Origin: Hypanus sabinus
Taxonomy: Eukaryota
Length of the DNA stretch: 64,000 bases
Direction of reading: 5' to 3'
Assembly: GCF_030144855.1 (NCBI RefSeq)
Contig: NC_082709.1
Location: forward strand, 64,356,001 to 64,420,000
The position numbers and the translations under genes are program-made. Below the pieces are notes generated by a model that was not told the origin of the DNA, made no database searches, and saw nothing but the letters and a program-made list of their open reading frames with translations. Positions 1-12,781 of the stretch are shown here, piece by piece (positions within the stretch are counted from its first letter, which is position 1; every line of letters starts with the position of its first letter).

Positions 1-402
1 AAGTCTCAGTGCTCACACCACCAAGTTCAGGAACAGTTACTATCCATCAACCATCAGGCTTTTGATCCAAAGGGAATAACTTCTTTCAACTTCACTTGCC
101 CCATCATTGAAATATTCCAACCAATGGTCTCACTTTCAAGGAGTCTTCATCTCATGCTCTAGATGTTTATTGCTTATTGATTTATTTATTATTTCTTCTT
201 TTTATATTTTCTCAGTTTGTTGCCTCTGCACCCTTGTTGAACGCCCTAGTTGGATGGTCTTTCATTGATTCTATTGTTTTATGGTTGTTTTTCTATAGAT
301 TTGTTGACTGTGCCCGCAAAAAATAAGTCTCAGGGTTCTCTATGGTGATATATATGAACATAGTTAATAAAATTTACTTTGAAGTTTGAGTTTTGAACTT
401 TG
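1..402 (+). mobile_element. Rex1/Babar-type LINE, ORF C-terminus and 3' UTR (runs off window start)
   Basis: Translates to SLSAHTTKFRNSYYPSTIRLL; 3' UTR ends CTCAGGGTT...AATAAAATTTACTTTGAA with a (TTTGAA)-type tail, as at 26970-27021 and 62875-62945. Confidence 0.8.
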
Positions 403-1364
403 CTTGCAGCTAGGGAAAGAATAGATGTCAAAGGTACTGTCTGGTTAGTTCCTTGCCATGCTTTTAGTGGATAAAAGTTTCATCGTACCTCTTCTGTTAT
501 TGTCCGATCCCTCCAATTTACAAAACCCCATGCCTGTTTGTATTATGGGTTAGCAGATGTTGCTCTTAAGTTGTTTGCACATAATAATAGCAGTTTACAT
601 CTTGGAGTTAACACTGAACCTCATGTATGCTTTTGATTTTCGATTTTTGCTAGTGTTTTATTCCACAAGAATGTGGATGTTTGCATTGAACTTATTTTTA
701 TGGAGAAACCGAATTGCTCATTTTGGGATGACAATTGGATTGAATCTTAAAATCAAAGTGCAGTTCATGCGTTGATTGTGGCATAGGTAATGGAAAAAGT
801 TTTAAAATCATTTTTAAAAATCTTCAAAGTACACATAGAAATACATTCAGTGACGCCAGTGTGTAAAGGTTGTTGCTTTTTTTCTGTATTAGAAACTGGT
901 TGCAGGCCCAATGGTTAATTTGCTTGGTAGCTATGGAAACTTCAACTTTGCAGAGGATATTTTTAAACTACTGAAATACTTGGCCTGATCCTCTACAACC
1001 AGGTTATTCAAGTCTGAGACTGGTCGTAATTTTATTCACACAATATATTTAATTGCACTGCTCTTCTTTTGAGTTGTTTGATAATTTTACTATGAACCAT
1101 TGCCAAATGGCCCATATTTAAAGCAAGAATTAAGGGCATGTTCAAATTTTCCAGGAGTAAGGAGAATGTTGTGTGAGAAATTGCAACCATAGACATGTTT
1201 CTATTTGTCCATATACTTACCATTGTTTATCTCCATAATCTCCTTATGCCCTACATCTTCTCATGATTTCTGAGCAAATATAATTTGGGTCTTTCGCTCA
1301 TCTCCAATTTTTATTACTCCACCACTGTCCTAGAGATGTTGCACTTGAACAGACTCTTTAGCAT

Positions 1365-1682
1365 AAAAAAATCATGCCAATCATCAAGCATCCACTTACA
1401 TTAATACTACATTAATGTCATTTTATTCTTCCACATATTCCATTAACTTCCTTCAAACCCCCACCCCCCCCCATCCAAATTCTATGCCTCATTAATGCAC
1501 AAGGTGTAATTTACAGCAACACATACTTGGGATGTGAAAAGAGACTGGATCAACTTGGGAAAGCTTGTAGCGGTCACAGCAAGAATGTGTATACACACAG
1601 GTAGAAGCGGATGATGGAGATCAGGCACTTGTCACTGGATCTGTGAGGCATCAGCTATGCTAGCTGCACCACTATGCTGCTC
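1365..1682 (-). mobile_element. V-SINE (HE1-like, tRNA-derived), degraded
   Basis: Reverse strand starts GCAGCATAGTGGTGCAGCTAG..GCCTCACAG (tRNA-like head), followed by a V-domain-like body homologous to the copies at 11250, 38110, 48965 and 58388. Confidence 0.6.
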
Positions 1683-2807
1683 ATTGTTCCTATGCTTTCA
1701 GTTATCTAAGCTCAGTGCTGGGTAATTCCCTTATTATACCTTTCTGTCTGCTCCTCTGCTTCTCTCTCCTTCTTTCAGATGCTTAAAACATACGTCTTTG
1801 TGATTTGATATCAGGTTTATCTGATAAATGTGCATGTTCTTTTACCATAGAAAAATACAAGATGTAATTATAGATCCTCACAAAGATCTTCTAAATCTGA
1901 TTTGATCTGGCGTTGAAGCAAACAGTTGTACATCAAATGCTGATCTAGATTAATGGAAGAATCATTATTATATGGGGATTAATTCAGATTTCATACTAGT
2001 TGGTTATGAGCTGGGGATAGGTTCACCTTAAGCCAAAATATTAGTAATTCACTATTGTCAGTTAGCCTTTGGTGACCTGTTACTTATGATTGAAGGCAGG
2101 GTAACATATTGTGATTAAAGTATTGGTTTGGATTGCCTCCAGACAACTCAAGTCAGTCTGTGCATTTTCTGACTTAGTTTTTTACTGGTTGAAAGTTGTT
2201 AACTTTTCATATAATTTCTTCTCCAGAGTATGCCTCTGAGAACAACAGAGACTTAAATACTAGGATCAACAATCAAGGAATTAACATGTAAATTCTTTGT
2301 TTATAATCAATTCAGTGCCAACATTCAAAGTGCGTAATGGAGTAGGAATTTATCTTAGCCAGCATCTCATCAGTTGTCAGTTGTATACCCCACAATATTG
2401 ATTTCATACAAAGTCTGTTCGACGAACACAACCATAAGGCCCATTTTGCATTCCCGTGCCATCTGCAGATATAGTTTTCCTTCCTCCCCCAGCACTGGAT
2501 ATTGCTGAAATGATGCTAACTCAGGTTGAGGATATGAATTAACAAGGCTCTGAAGAGAAACTCCAGTAGAAGTACAGACCAGATGATTAAAAATTATGGC
2601 ATTATCATGCATTGACCTGCACTTTTAAATAGCTGTGGGAAAAATCCACATTAGGAAAATTAGCAGGAGAACAGTTTTGATGCAAATAGTTTCTCAGGAA
2701 TTTGCTATAAGGCTTGTCTTCCAAAGTTTAAATTAGTTAATTGCTGGGCAGTTCAATATAGAACATCGGCAGAGGCCTTATCATTTGTAACCTTAATGTA
2801 TTGAAGC

Positions 2808-3407
2808 CGAGCACCTATGCTCTGTCCACCAGAACAAGTGGGATCTCCCAGTGGCCACCCATTTTATTCTATTCCCATTCCAATATGTCTATCCACGGCC
2901 TCTTCCACTGTTGTGATGAGACCACACTTGGGTTGGAGGGATAGCACCTGATATTCTGTCTGGGTTGCCTCCAACCTGATGGCATGAACATTGATTTCTT
3001 GAACTTCCAGTAATTCTTCCCCCCACCACCCTTTTCCCTCTCTCACCCTATTTCCTTGCCCACCCATCGTCTCCCCGCCGTTCTGTCTTCAATGGCCTCC
3101 TAGACTCTTCTATCAGACTTCCCCTTCTCCAGCCCTGTATCTCTTCCACGAATCAACTTCCCAGTTCTTTACTTCATTCCCTCTCCCTTCAGGTTTCACC
3201 CATCACCTTGTGTTTCTCTCTCCCCTCCCTGCCTCTTAAATCTACTCCTCAGCCTTTTTTTCCTCCCTTCCTGCTGAAGGGTCTCAGACCGAAATGCGGA
3301 CTGTACTCTTCAGACTATACATGCTGCCTGACCTGCTGAGTGTCTCCCGTATTTTGGTGTGTGTTCCTTGGATTTCCAGCATCTGCAGATTTTCTCTTGT
3401 TTGTGAT
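2808..3407 (+). mobile_element. Penelope-like element, 5'-truncated: GIY-YIG C-terminus plus terminal repeat with hammerhead motif
   Basis: Decayed EHLCSVHQNKWDLPVATHF...LIFCLGCLQPDGMNIDF peptide; pyrimidine-rich UTR; CTGCTGAAGGGTCTCAGACCGAAAT at 3271-3295; flanked by TGTATTGAAGC (2797-2807) / TGTACTGAAGC (3408-3418) TSD. Confidence 0.8.
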
Positions 3408-3885
3408 TGTACTGAAGCATTTTTACCATTTTAACAATTTTTGATATATTGATGTTATACAAGGCCAGTTTTAAATGTTGTAAGGCATAATTAATATGCT
3501 GTTGCATCTTGAAGAGCTCAAATAATGTAACGTGAGCTAACCTAATGTAACCAAAAGTAAGGGCATGTAAACTATAAGTTGCTAACTTAGGAACTTCTGT
3601 TTAATAAGGTTTTTCTTTTGGGTTGCATACAGTCCATACAATATGTTATTAATTCTCTGCAAAATGATCATCTGTCAAAATGAAAAATGGAAGGAAGAAT
3701 AACCAACAGAGCAAAGGAGCTTGGGCAATGCTCACTTATGTGGTTGTTTATGTCCTGGGTATGAGTATAACGCAGAGCTTGGACTTTACCGAGTTCTTGA
3801 TGCAGATCTCAGTTTTGAAGTGTCACAATACTCACCTTCATGTCTCTGCCCTTGCTACTTAAGCTTCTTTCTCCTATTCTTTGCG

Positions 3886-4837
3886 ACCATAAGATAGGGA
3901 ACAGAATTAGGCCATTTGGCCCATTGAGTCTGCTCTGCCAAATTCATGACGGCTGATCCATTTCCCACTCAGCCCCAATCTCTTGCCTTCTCCCTGTAAC
4001 CCTTCATGCCCTGACTAATCAAGGATCTGTCAACCTCTGCCTTAAATATACCCAGTAACTTGGCCTCCACAACCTATGGCAATGAATTCCACAGATTTAT
4101 CACTCCCTGGCTAAAGAATTTCCTTCTCATCTCTGGTCTAAAAGGACACCCTGTTATTCTGAGCTGTGTCCTCTGGTTTTAGACTCCCCCACTATATGAA
4201 ACATCCTCTCCACATCAGTTCTATCAAAACCTTTTACCATTCAATAGGTTTTAATGAGATCCCCTTCATTCTTCTGAATTCCAGTGAATTCAGGCCTGGA
4301 GTCATCAAACATGCATGACCATGTATTTCCTGATACTGTCACTTCTGTCATCTGTCACTTCTTTGTCCATTTAAGTCCTTCTGCAACTTCCCTGCTTCCT
4401 CAACACTACCTGCCCTTCTGTCTGTCTTCGTATTGTCTGGAAATCTGGCCACAGAGCCATCAAGTCCGTCATTAAAATCATTAACATGTAACATAAAAAG
4501 AAGCCATCCCAACCAGACTCCTATGGAACACTGCCAGCCCCTGGCAGTCAAACAGAAAAGACTCCCTTTATTCCCACTCTTCGTCTCTTGTCAATTAGCC
4601 AATGCTCTATCCATGCTAGTATCTTTCCTGTAATACCATGGGCTCTTAACTTGTTAAGCGGCCTCTTGTGTGGCACCTTGTCAAAGGCCTTCTGAAAATC
4701 AGAGTACACAGCATCTACCGATTCTCCTTTGTCTATCCTGCTTGATATTTCTTCAAGGAATTTCAACAGATTTGTCAGGCAAGATTTACCCTTAAGGAAA
4801 CCATGCTGACTTTGTCCTAGTTTATCATGTGCCTCCA
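3886..4837 (-). mobile_element. CR1 LINE 3' end and RT fragment (internally deleted)
   Basis: CR1 3' tail at 3886; ORF 4548-4838 has SQHGFLKGKSCLTNLL..DFQKAFDKVPH. Confidence 0.85.
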
Positions 4838-5582
4838 TAGATCAAATTAAAATTTATTACCAGAGTACATACATGTCACCATATCCAACCCTGAGATACT
4901 TTTTCCCACAGACATACTTAGCAAATCTATAGAACAGTAACTGTAAACAGGATCAATGAACAACAAACTGTGCAAATGCAAATATAAATAAATAGCAATA
5001 AATAATGAGAGCTTGAAATAACAAAATAAAGAGCCCTTAAAGTGAGACCATTAGTTGTGGGAACACTAGAAGTAAAATGAGTGTGGTTATCTCCTTTTGT
5101 TCAAGAGCCTGATGGCTGAGGGCCGTAACTGTTCTTGAACCTGGTGGTGCAAGTCCTGAAGCATGTGTACCTTTGACCTGATGGCAGCAGCAAGAAAAAA
5201 TTGTGGCCTGGGTGGTGAAGATCTTTGATGATGGATGCTGCTTTTCTATGGCAACGTTTCCTGTGGATATGCTCTATGATTGGGAGGATTTTACCCGTGA
5301 TATACTGGGCTGAATCCACTACCTTTAAGCATTGGTGCTCCCATATCAGGCCGCAATGCAGCCAGTTAGCACAGTTTCCACCACACATCTATAAAAGTTT
5401 GTCAAGGATTTTGATGACATGCCAAATCTCTGCAGAATCCTGAGGAAGTAGAGGCATTACTGTGCTTTCTTTGCAATGATGTTTATATGCTGGATCCAGG
5501 ACAGGAAACTCTGAGATAGTGACACCCAGGAATTTATAGTTACTGACCCTGTCCACCTCCGATCCTCTAATGAGTACTGGTT
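4838..5582 (-). mobile_element. Rex/Babar-type LINE fragment nested in CR1
   Basis: ORF 5101-5388 has KAASIIKDLHHPGH..LLPSGQRY..TTRFKNSY; 3' tail at 4838-4900. Confidence 0.8.
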
Positions 5583-5984
5583 CATGGACCTGTAGTTTCC
5601 CTCTTTTCCTTATGCTCTCTGATCAATTCTGGTTCATTGCACAACACCCAATCCAGAATAGCTGATCCCCTAGGGGGCTCAACCATGAGCTGCTCTAAAA
5701 AGCTATCCTGTAGACGTTCTACAAATTCCCTCTCTTGGGATCCAGCACAAACCTGATTTTCCCAATCTACCTGCATATTGAAACCCCATGACTATCATAA
5801 CATCACATAACATCACCCTTTTGACATGCATTTTCTATCTTCCATTGTAATTTGTAGACATATCTTTGCTATTGTTTGGAGGATGAACTCCCATCAATGT
5901 CCTATTGCCCTTTCAGTTTGTTAATTCTACCCACAATGATTCTACGCCTTCCAATCCCATGTTGCCTCTTTCTAAGGAAGGATT
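5583..5984 (-). mobile_element. CR1 endonuclease-domain fragment (continuation of the 3886 element)
   Basis: ORF 5582-5776 VDWENQV..FLEQLMVEPPRGSAILDWVLCNEPELI. Confidence 0.8.
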
Positions 5985-6740
5985 TCATTTCAAAAGCCTC
6001 AAAGGTACATTTAATGTCAGAGAAATGTATACAGTGTACATACCCAAATGCTTTTTCTTCGCAACCATCCACAAAAATAGAGGAGTGCCCCCAAAGAATG
6101 AATGACAGTTAAATGTTAGAACCCCGAAGAACCCCCCCAGCTCCCCTCCCTCCCATGCATAAACAACAGCAAAGCAATGATATCTTCTCCCCCAACAGCA
6201 AAAAAAGGCATCAGCACTCACCACTGAGCACTCAAGCATGCAGCAAAGCAACAGCAAAGATACAGACTTGCAGTACCCCAAAGACTACTTGTTCACCCAG
6301 TATTCGACATACCACAGGCTCTCTCTCTCCCTAATAAGGGAGAAAGAGCTGTCCCTGTTTCACAGTGAGAGGGGAGACATAACAAATAACTTGCTGGTTT
6401 ACAATGTTAGAAGTCCATTGTGTTGCTTTTTCCAAGCTCTGTGCCTAAAGATCTCCAGTCTCTGGGCACATCTTCTGACTCCCACGACACACCGATTTCC
6501 TGCCAGGACACCAACCTTCAATCTGCCAGTCTCCAGAACCACGAGATCCTGGATATCCAAAGGCGAGCTAAGATCTTAGGCCGCATCCTTGGCAGGTCAA
6601 ATAACCGGCAGTCGTGAAACCCCGAGAGCGGGTCCCATTCCCAAAAAGGGCCGAAGTCAATGTGGAATTTCAGGTCAGGGTCTTCAAAAGAACCTTGAAA
6701 GGGAAGAATAGAGATCTTAAAGATGGAAATAGAGCTGTTT
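5985..6740 (-). mobile_element. Non-coding retroposon (SINE-like) with Rex-like 3' tail
   Basis: No recognisable coding signature; its 3' ~170 bp recurs at 51020-51190; tail resembles the Rex-type tail (..GTATACATTTCTCTGACATTAAATGTACCTTTGA). Confidence 0.6.
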
Positions 6741-8786
6741 CATTTTGCTTTCCTCCTGTCAAATTCACAAATTAAGGATTTACCCAAGAGAAGTTTAAAG
6801 CAATGATAATTGACAATTTTCGGAACTTTTAATGAGCCCTGTCATGACTCATGGTGACATCTCAGCGAATATTATCTATTCACTAGTGCTTCCCTTTTTT
6901 ATTCTGTGTCGATTATGCATATTCTTATGAAGAGTAAATGAAAGGTTGCAATGATGATGCTGTTTGACGCAATGATCTTTTGTAATCCCTAGAAGTGGCT
7001 TTTTGGTCATTAATTTTGTGGTTATTGCATTATCTCAATTGAACCAGTTCCATATGCTGGAACTAATTCTATCATTATTTTCTCCAAACTAATGGTTAAA
7101 TTAAAATCAGTTGCTCATTTCTTCCTGTCATATTTTTGGACACCTGTTCTTTTAACTCCCTTTTGGTTTACTTTCTCCAACTCCCAAGTGAGTAATATTT
7201 TATGTGCAGAGCTGCGGCTGTCCGTAAATGCCCTTACTTGACTCCAATAAAATGTCATTCCAGCCTGAGCAAGCCTAACTGACCTAATGAGGCAGAAATG
7301 ATTATTCATTATAATTACTCAAAGTTCATTCTGCATTCCCATTTTGAAAACACCAGAACTGCAAAGTGAGTGTAGAACAAGAAAATCAAGGATTCTACAG
7401 TGTGAAGTTGTCGCAATAAATTAACTGCTAGGTATTAAATTAGTGGGTAACCTGGGCATTTGTGTCCACACAGGAATTAAATCACAAGAGTGGCGATAAA
7501 TAGCAGTTGCTGTCTCCCAGAGCAAATTTAGGCCACTGAAAAACAAGTTGACTTTCAACTCCCCCCCCCCCCCGCCCCCACACCACAAACATTTGAATTT
7601 AAAGTTTATTGCTAGGTTGGAGCATTTGCACTGCAAGGTGCTTTGCTACAAAATTGACATCAAACTACTGAAAGGTGATGCTTGGCATTAAAGAAGTTGT
7701 CAGCAAGTCTCTTGAATTCCTTTTTATGTACACTCCACCTGATGAAGATACATACAGTCTCAAGGCCCACCAAACCTGCTTATTGATGTGAGATAACTGT
7801 GTGTGTGTTCCTTTGCCTATTGAAACTGTTGCCTTTCTCTGACACTCAAAAGAGCAAACCTGCTGTATTTCTTTTCTCCCATATAAAGTCAACACAAAAG
7901 CAACAGTGCTGCAGGTTACCAAATTTATGAATGCATGTATGTGAGAATGTAAATACATTTCTCTATTTTAAAAAATACTTGATTTAAGTAATGTGAACCG
8001 TATGTTCATGGGTCTGCAAGTGCTCTGATGGATGAGAGAGGGTTACAAAATGAGATTTGGGTGGTTCTGATGACCAAGCAAACCTTGAGAGTAATTTATA
8101 AACTGGGATTGAATTACTGTCTTAAGTATGTTGACAGACATTTGTTCCTTGTTATATATGGGATTGTTTTGTTTTCTTATTATTATTGAACATCACTTTG
8201 AGGGTAGTAGGGGGGATCTGACGCAACAAGATTGATTAAGCTTTAAGTGACTCGTGGGTTTAGGCAGTTGGTAATCTCATGATGCCAGTATTTTGCGTTA
8301 TTTTTCAGGTTACTAATGACATTCTTAATATTCAAACTGGGGACATTGTTGTCTGTATCTATTCGAACATACAGGAATCAAAGGGTGTTGTTAAACCCCA
8401 GGGTGCAAGGAATGTGACAAAGTGGTATTTTGCTGAGGCTCATGACTGGTTTATCTCCCTTGTTCAACGGGAGTGTGGGGAGCGGTGGAGAATGAGCTTG
8501 TGTGATCCCAGCAGAAAAATGGTGGAATATTATTTGGCAGAGGATGACAGCAGAAACTCGTGTGTGGTCCACTGTAGTTTTATGAGCTGATAATTGTTGT
8601 ATAGCCTTGAAGCAATGTTATTATGCCTCAGCAGCAAAGTAACAAAAAAACTTCCAACTTATTTGCATAGATCAATTTAATTTTAGGTGTTAAATGACGG
8701 CATTAGATATACTGTCACTTGTATAACTGTCACCATTGCAACTTCTTTGCACTGACCTCATGTTTGATGTTATAACCTGCAACTTA

Positions 8787-9338
8787 CACTCAGTGGCCAC
8801 TTTATTAGCTGCAGGAGTGTGCTTAATAAAGTGGCCATGGGAGTGGAACCCAGTGTGGTCTTCTGCTACAGTAGCCGATCCACTGCAAGGTTCAAGGTGT
8901 TGTTCAATGAGAGATGCTCTCCTGCATGCCCCTGTTGTAACGCATGGTTGAGTTACGGTTGTCTCCTACGAGCTTGAACCAGTCTGACCATTGACTTCAC
9001 TTATTAACAGGGCGTTTTCACCCACAGAACTGCCGCTCACTGGATTTTTTTTTGTTTCTTTTCACCAATCTCTGTAAACTATAGAGAAAGTTGTGCATGA
9101 ATCTCCCAGGAGATCAGTTTCTGAGATACTCAACTATCCCATCTGGCACCAACCATCATTCCACTGTCAAAATCACTTGGATTACATTTCGTCACCATTC
9201 TGATGTTTAGTCTGAACAGCAACTGAACTTCTTGACCATGTATGCATGCTTTTATGCATTGAGTTGTTGCCACGTGATTGGCTGATTAGATATTTGCATT
9301 AATGAGCAGGTGTACCTAATAAAGTGGTCACTAAGGTG
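8787..9338. mobile_element. Non-autonomous Tc1/mariner-type element (MITE)
   Basis: TIRs CACTCAGTGGCCACTTTATTAG / CTAATAAAGTGGTCACTAAGGTG, both flanked by TA. Confidence 0.8.
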
Positions 9339-9714
9339 TATGTTACAACCTTAGAATGGATTCTATGCGGATAGTAGCTGAGGTTGGAGACTGTATTACA
9401 AGCGTAATATTTATGCTTATTTTCCTTTGGATATCTTATTGTTAAATTTTTGTTATTTAAATCTCTTGGTGTCAAGCTTGTGGGCATTTATTTGTCCTGT
9501 TAATGTGTGATTGACTACAGGTTTAGCTAACAATGCACTCTTAAAAAAATGCAGCTCTTCATTCTGTTGCCTTCAGGACATTATATTGTGAATTGTGTGT
9601 TACTCAACAAATGAGCGAGGTCACAGCAGAAGATATGAATGATTTGGCACGGTGTGTTGTGTTAAAACAAATTGCTTACTTGTCGTACTTAGAGATTCAA
9701 GCTTTGCAGAATCG

Positions 9715-10065
9715 AAAGACTCGCAAGTCAAGTTTCAAGACATTGGCAAAGCACTTTACAGTCAATATATTATTTTCTGAAGTGTAGTTACTGTTGTAAT
9801 GAATGGAACACCATTGGGCATTTTGTACACAGCAAGATCTCATTATCTGGAAAGGGATAATGAACAAATTTCAGTTTGTTGTTGATGCTCATTCAGATAC
9901 AAATATTATGTGTGGTGCTAGAAAAATTGCCCTGCTCTTCAGGTAGTTCTAATCAGTGGCCAGAGAATTCCAACTGGCTGTGAACTCCATTTGACTGGGT
10001 CATTCTCCAGTTTTAGTTGAATGTTCTCCTCTGAACAGGCCCATACCATTATGTCAGGTTTGCTC
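9715..10065 (-). mobile_element. DeuSINE (SacSINE1/AmnSINE-like), degraded
   Basis: AAAGCACTTTACAG..GAAGTGTAGTTACTGTTGTAATG..CACAGCAAGATCTC..CCCTGCTCTTC is the reverse of the DeuSINE body and L2-type tail seen at 47615 and 62955. Confidence 0.55.
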
Positions 10066-10074
10066 CCAAGTTTT

Positions 10075-10240
10075 TTTGTGTTTTGTGTGGTTCTGCTGGG
10101 CATTCTTGGCATGCTACGTTGGGACTGGAATGTATGGTGACACTTGCGGGATGCCCCTAGCACATTGTTGTAAATGCAAAAGATGTATTTCACTCTATGT
10201 TTCAATATACACGTAAGTAAACTTGACTTTTGAATCTTTC
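10075..10240 (+). mobile_element. Short retroposon 3' end
   Basis: GGGCATTCTTGGCATGCTACGTTGG..GACACTTGCGGG..CATTTCACT..TAAA followed by a CTTGA-like tail. Confidence 0.4.
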
Positions 10241-10259
10241 TTACTAGTTGCTTCTTTCT

Positions 10260-10555
10260 CTCATTCATGTACAGTTCCTAGGCACCATCATTTAGCAATC
10301 AGTTGTAAAATTCTCTTAAGTACATTCATGGTGCTCAGATCAATTCCTAAGCCTCTTCCTGCATTGGAAATGATTTACATCCAGTATTTTTGACCTCACT
10401 TTTTGTTAGCTGTTCCAATATCTCTTTATGTGGTTCTGCCTCAGGCTTTAATTGACCAACACAGAGACTTTGCAGATGCTTATTGGTTAATGCTCCTGTG
10501 GAGCATACTGGGTTGTTTTGATATGTAATAGATACCATATAATGCAAAATATCTT
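10260..10555 (+). mobile_element. L2 LINE 3' end, highly degraded
   Basis: Ends GCTCCTGTGGAGCATACTGGGTTGTTTTGATATGTAATAGATACCATATAATGCAA, resembling the L2 terminal stem-loop/tail. Confidence 0.4.
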
Positions 10556-11249
10556 TCTTAGAGGCAGCTTTTAATATTGTTGTGTAGCTGGTCTGCTTTC
10601 TATGTTGCAGATTCATGTGCTGTAGGGGGCAGTGTTATATTGTATTTCGGAGCATAACTATATTTTCGGAAGGCACTGCAGTGAAGTAACTAATGTGCAA
10701 CCCATGGAATTATTATATTCTAGGTCAAAGTAATTAGTTTATCTGTCACTCGATTTGCACGGTAATGTAATTTTGTGAAAATAACCTTCACCTTTTTTCT
10801 CAAAAGAATTATTTTATGTTCAAATAAGCCAGTCTGTGAAATTTTCTTTTACTTTGTTGTTAGCTTTGATGCTGTGACAGTTCTATACCTGTCATTCTGC
10901 CTGTTGCAAATATAATTTACAGTTGCTGCTTGACATACAGATGGAACGCTGTTTCTCATTTGTTTGACTTATACAGCAGGGAAGATTGACTGTCACTGGA
11001 GTAACTGGGCAAGTGTGGATTTGGTACAATGTGAACATACCATTTAAACATATGCGTGGTCACTGTGAGATTATGTTCACATACCACTTCAGCATTGGTG
11101 CAGTGGGATCTGAAGTTCATTGCCCTTGTTGCAGGCTGCCAGGGCTTGGCCAGTAGATTGTATTTAGTGTTCCCTGCTGTTTTGCTTCCAACTACTGGTT
11201 CTCTCACCTCGAGAGAAAATAGATCTGGAACAACTTATCCTGCTTCAAT

Positions 11250-11540
11250 GGTCGTTCACAAGTATTACTGCTGCCTCACACCTGGGTTCTATCTTGACCT
11301 TTGGTGTTTTCTGTGGAGTTTGCACATTGTCCCAGTGACCTTATTGCTCCAATTGTCTCCCATATTACAAAAACATGCTGACGGGCTGGTTAATTGTCCA
11401 TTGTCACATGTAACATGGCAAAAGAATGGGGAGGACATGGAATGGTGGGATTTGAGCAAATGAGTTACAGCGAATGATACTTATAGAGGGGCTTGAGAGC
11501 TGGCAAAGACTCAGTGCTCTTCAGTATCATAAGAATTATG
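11250..11540 (+). mobile_element. V-SINE, degraded
   Basis: CTGCTGCCTCACA..CCTGGGTTCTATCTTGACC..TGTGGAGTTTGCACATTGTCCCAGTGACC. Confidence 0.6.
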
Positions 11541-12781
11541 AAAAATAGCAATGATTAATATAGGTTTTTAAGAAGAAAAAAAGCTTGCATGTTGTATGTC
11601 ACTTCACAAACATGAGGCATCTTCAATTCCCCCAAGTATCGATACATATTTGAAGGCAAGCTACTGTTGCAATGCTGGATTCACTGTGAATGAATGTGCG
11701 TGGTGGACTGGACCATTAGTGGTCAACTGACCTCAGGTAAACTGTGCTGAAGTCCCTAGTCTTATGACTTTCCAACTGCACAAACTTTTACTGTTTCCAA
11801 GTCAGAGAAATTGTTGCAAAAATAGCTTAAAAATTAACGATTAATTTAACATAAACAAAACTAATGTCAACTTATTTAAAGCATGAGCATTAGATTTTAA
11901 AAAAGCATTAAACCACTTAACCTCTTTTTACCAAAGGTTGGCAATGCAATTCAGCTGTGACTAGGGACCAGAAACAATGTGTGTCTGCTCCATCTGCTCA
12001 GAACACCATCCAGGAGCAGATCAAGAGATCAGTTGTACTTGAATCTGATCCCCAACAAGTTCTACATTGATGTAGATGCCTGGGTTGAAAGCATGTGCAT
12101 TCTCCATAGAACTGCCAGCCAGCCATCAGTGCTGTTAATGTATCATGATTCATGAACACGCATATCATCTGAAATTTGATTTGCCAGTGCAAAATATTTA
12201 AATCTTTCAGAAAATGAACTTCATTGCCCTGTTACTTTGTCAGATGGCGCCACACTTCCAACCATTGTCACCATTAACCTAACAAAATCATGTTCTGGAA
12301 AAGTTAATTAGTATTATCCATCTCTCTATTTCTCCCTCTCTTATTTGTTTTATTTTTCTGTCCCATTCTCATTCTGTCCCCTCGGATTCTTCACTCACCA
12401 CACTAATTGTGGCCGTTTTCTTTTCACTTGCCCACGTTACACGACGGTGCACCGCCAGTGTTGCGCGCAGACTTTTTTTCACCAATAAGTATCACATGAG
12501 GACTTGTCACCTTGTTATGTTTGTGGTACTGGGAAGCTGGGGTAGCTGTGAATAACACACGAGAGACAGAAAGGCGAGGAACAAACATGCAGCCATTTAT
12601 TTTACTTGTAAGTCATCTACTCAGAATGTCTTCTCACATTACGTACAGTACATAATTCACAGGGAAGTTATACATGAATACATAAGGAGCGTAAAGGAGA
12701 GTGAGTGTTATTTCAAATCCAATGCAGCATAAAAACACAATAAGCATAAAGAACACAAACAACAAAATAATATATTAAATA

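Noticed and set aside
7738-7770. CTGATGA motif in unique DNA as a possible hammerhead
   Set aside because: No GAAA after stem II and no stem I/III
8279-8590. 103-aa ORF with an internal TTTTTCAG acceptor-like site
   Set aside because: No recognisable domain or partner exons; ORFs of this length occur by chance in 64 kb
9593-9787. 64-aa ORF that looks protein-like
   Set aside because: Its 3' part runs into an antisense DeuSINE tail; no domain recognised
12513-12682. TG...CA segment as a solo LTR
   Set aside because: No TSD; the right part is better explained as Rex 3' UTR
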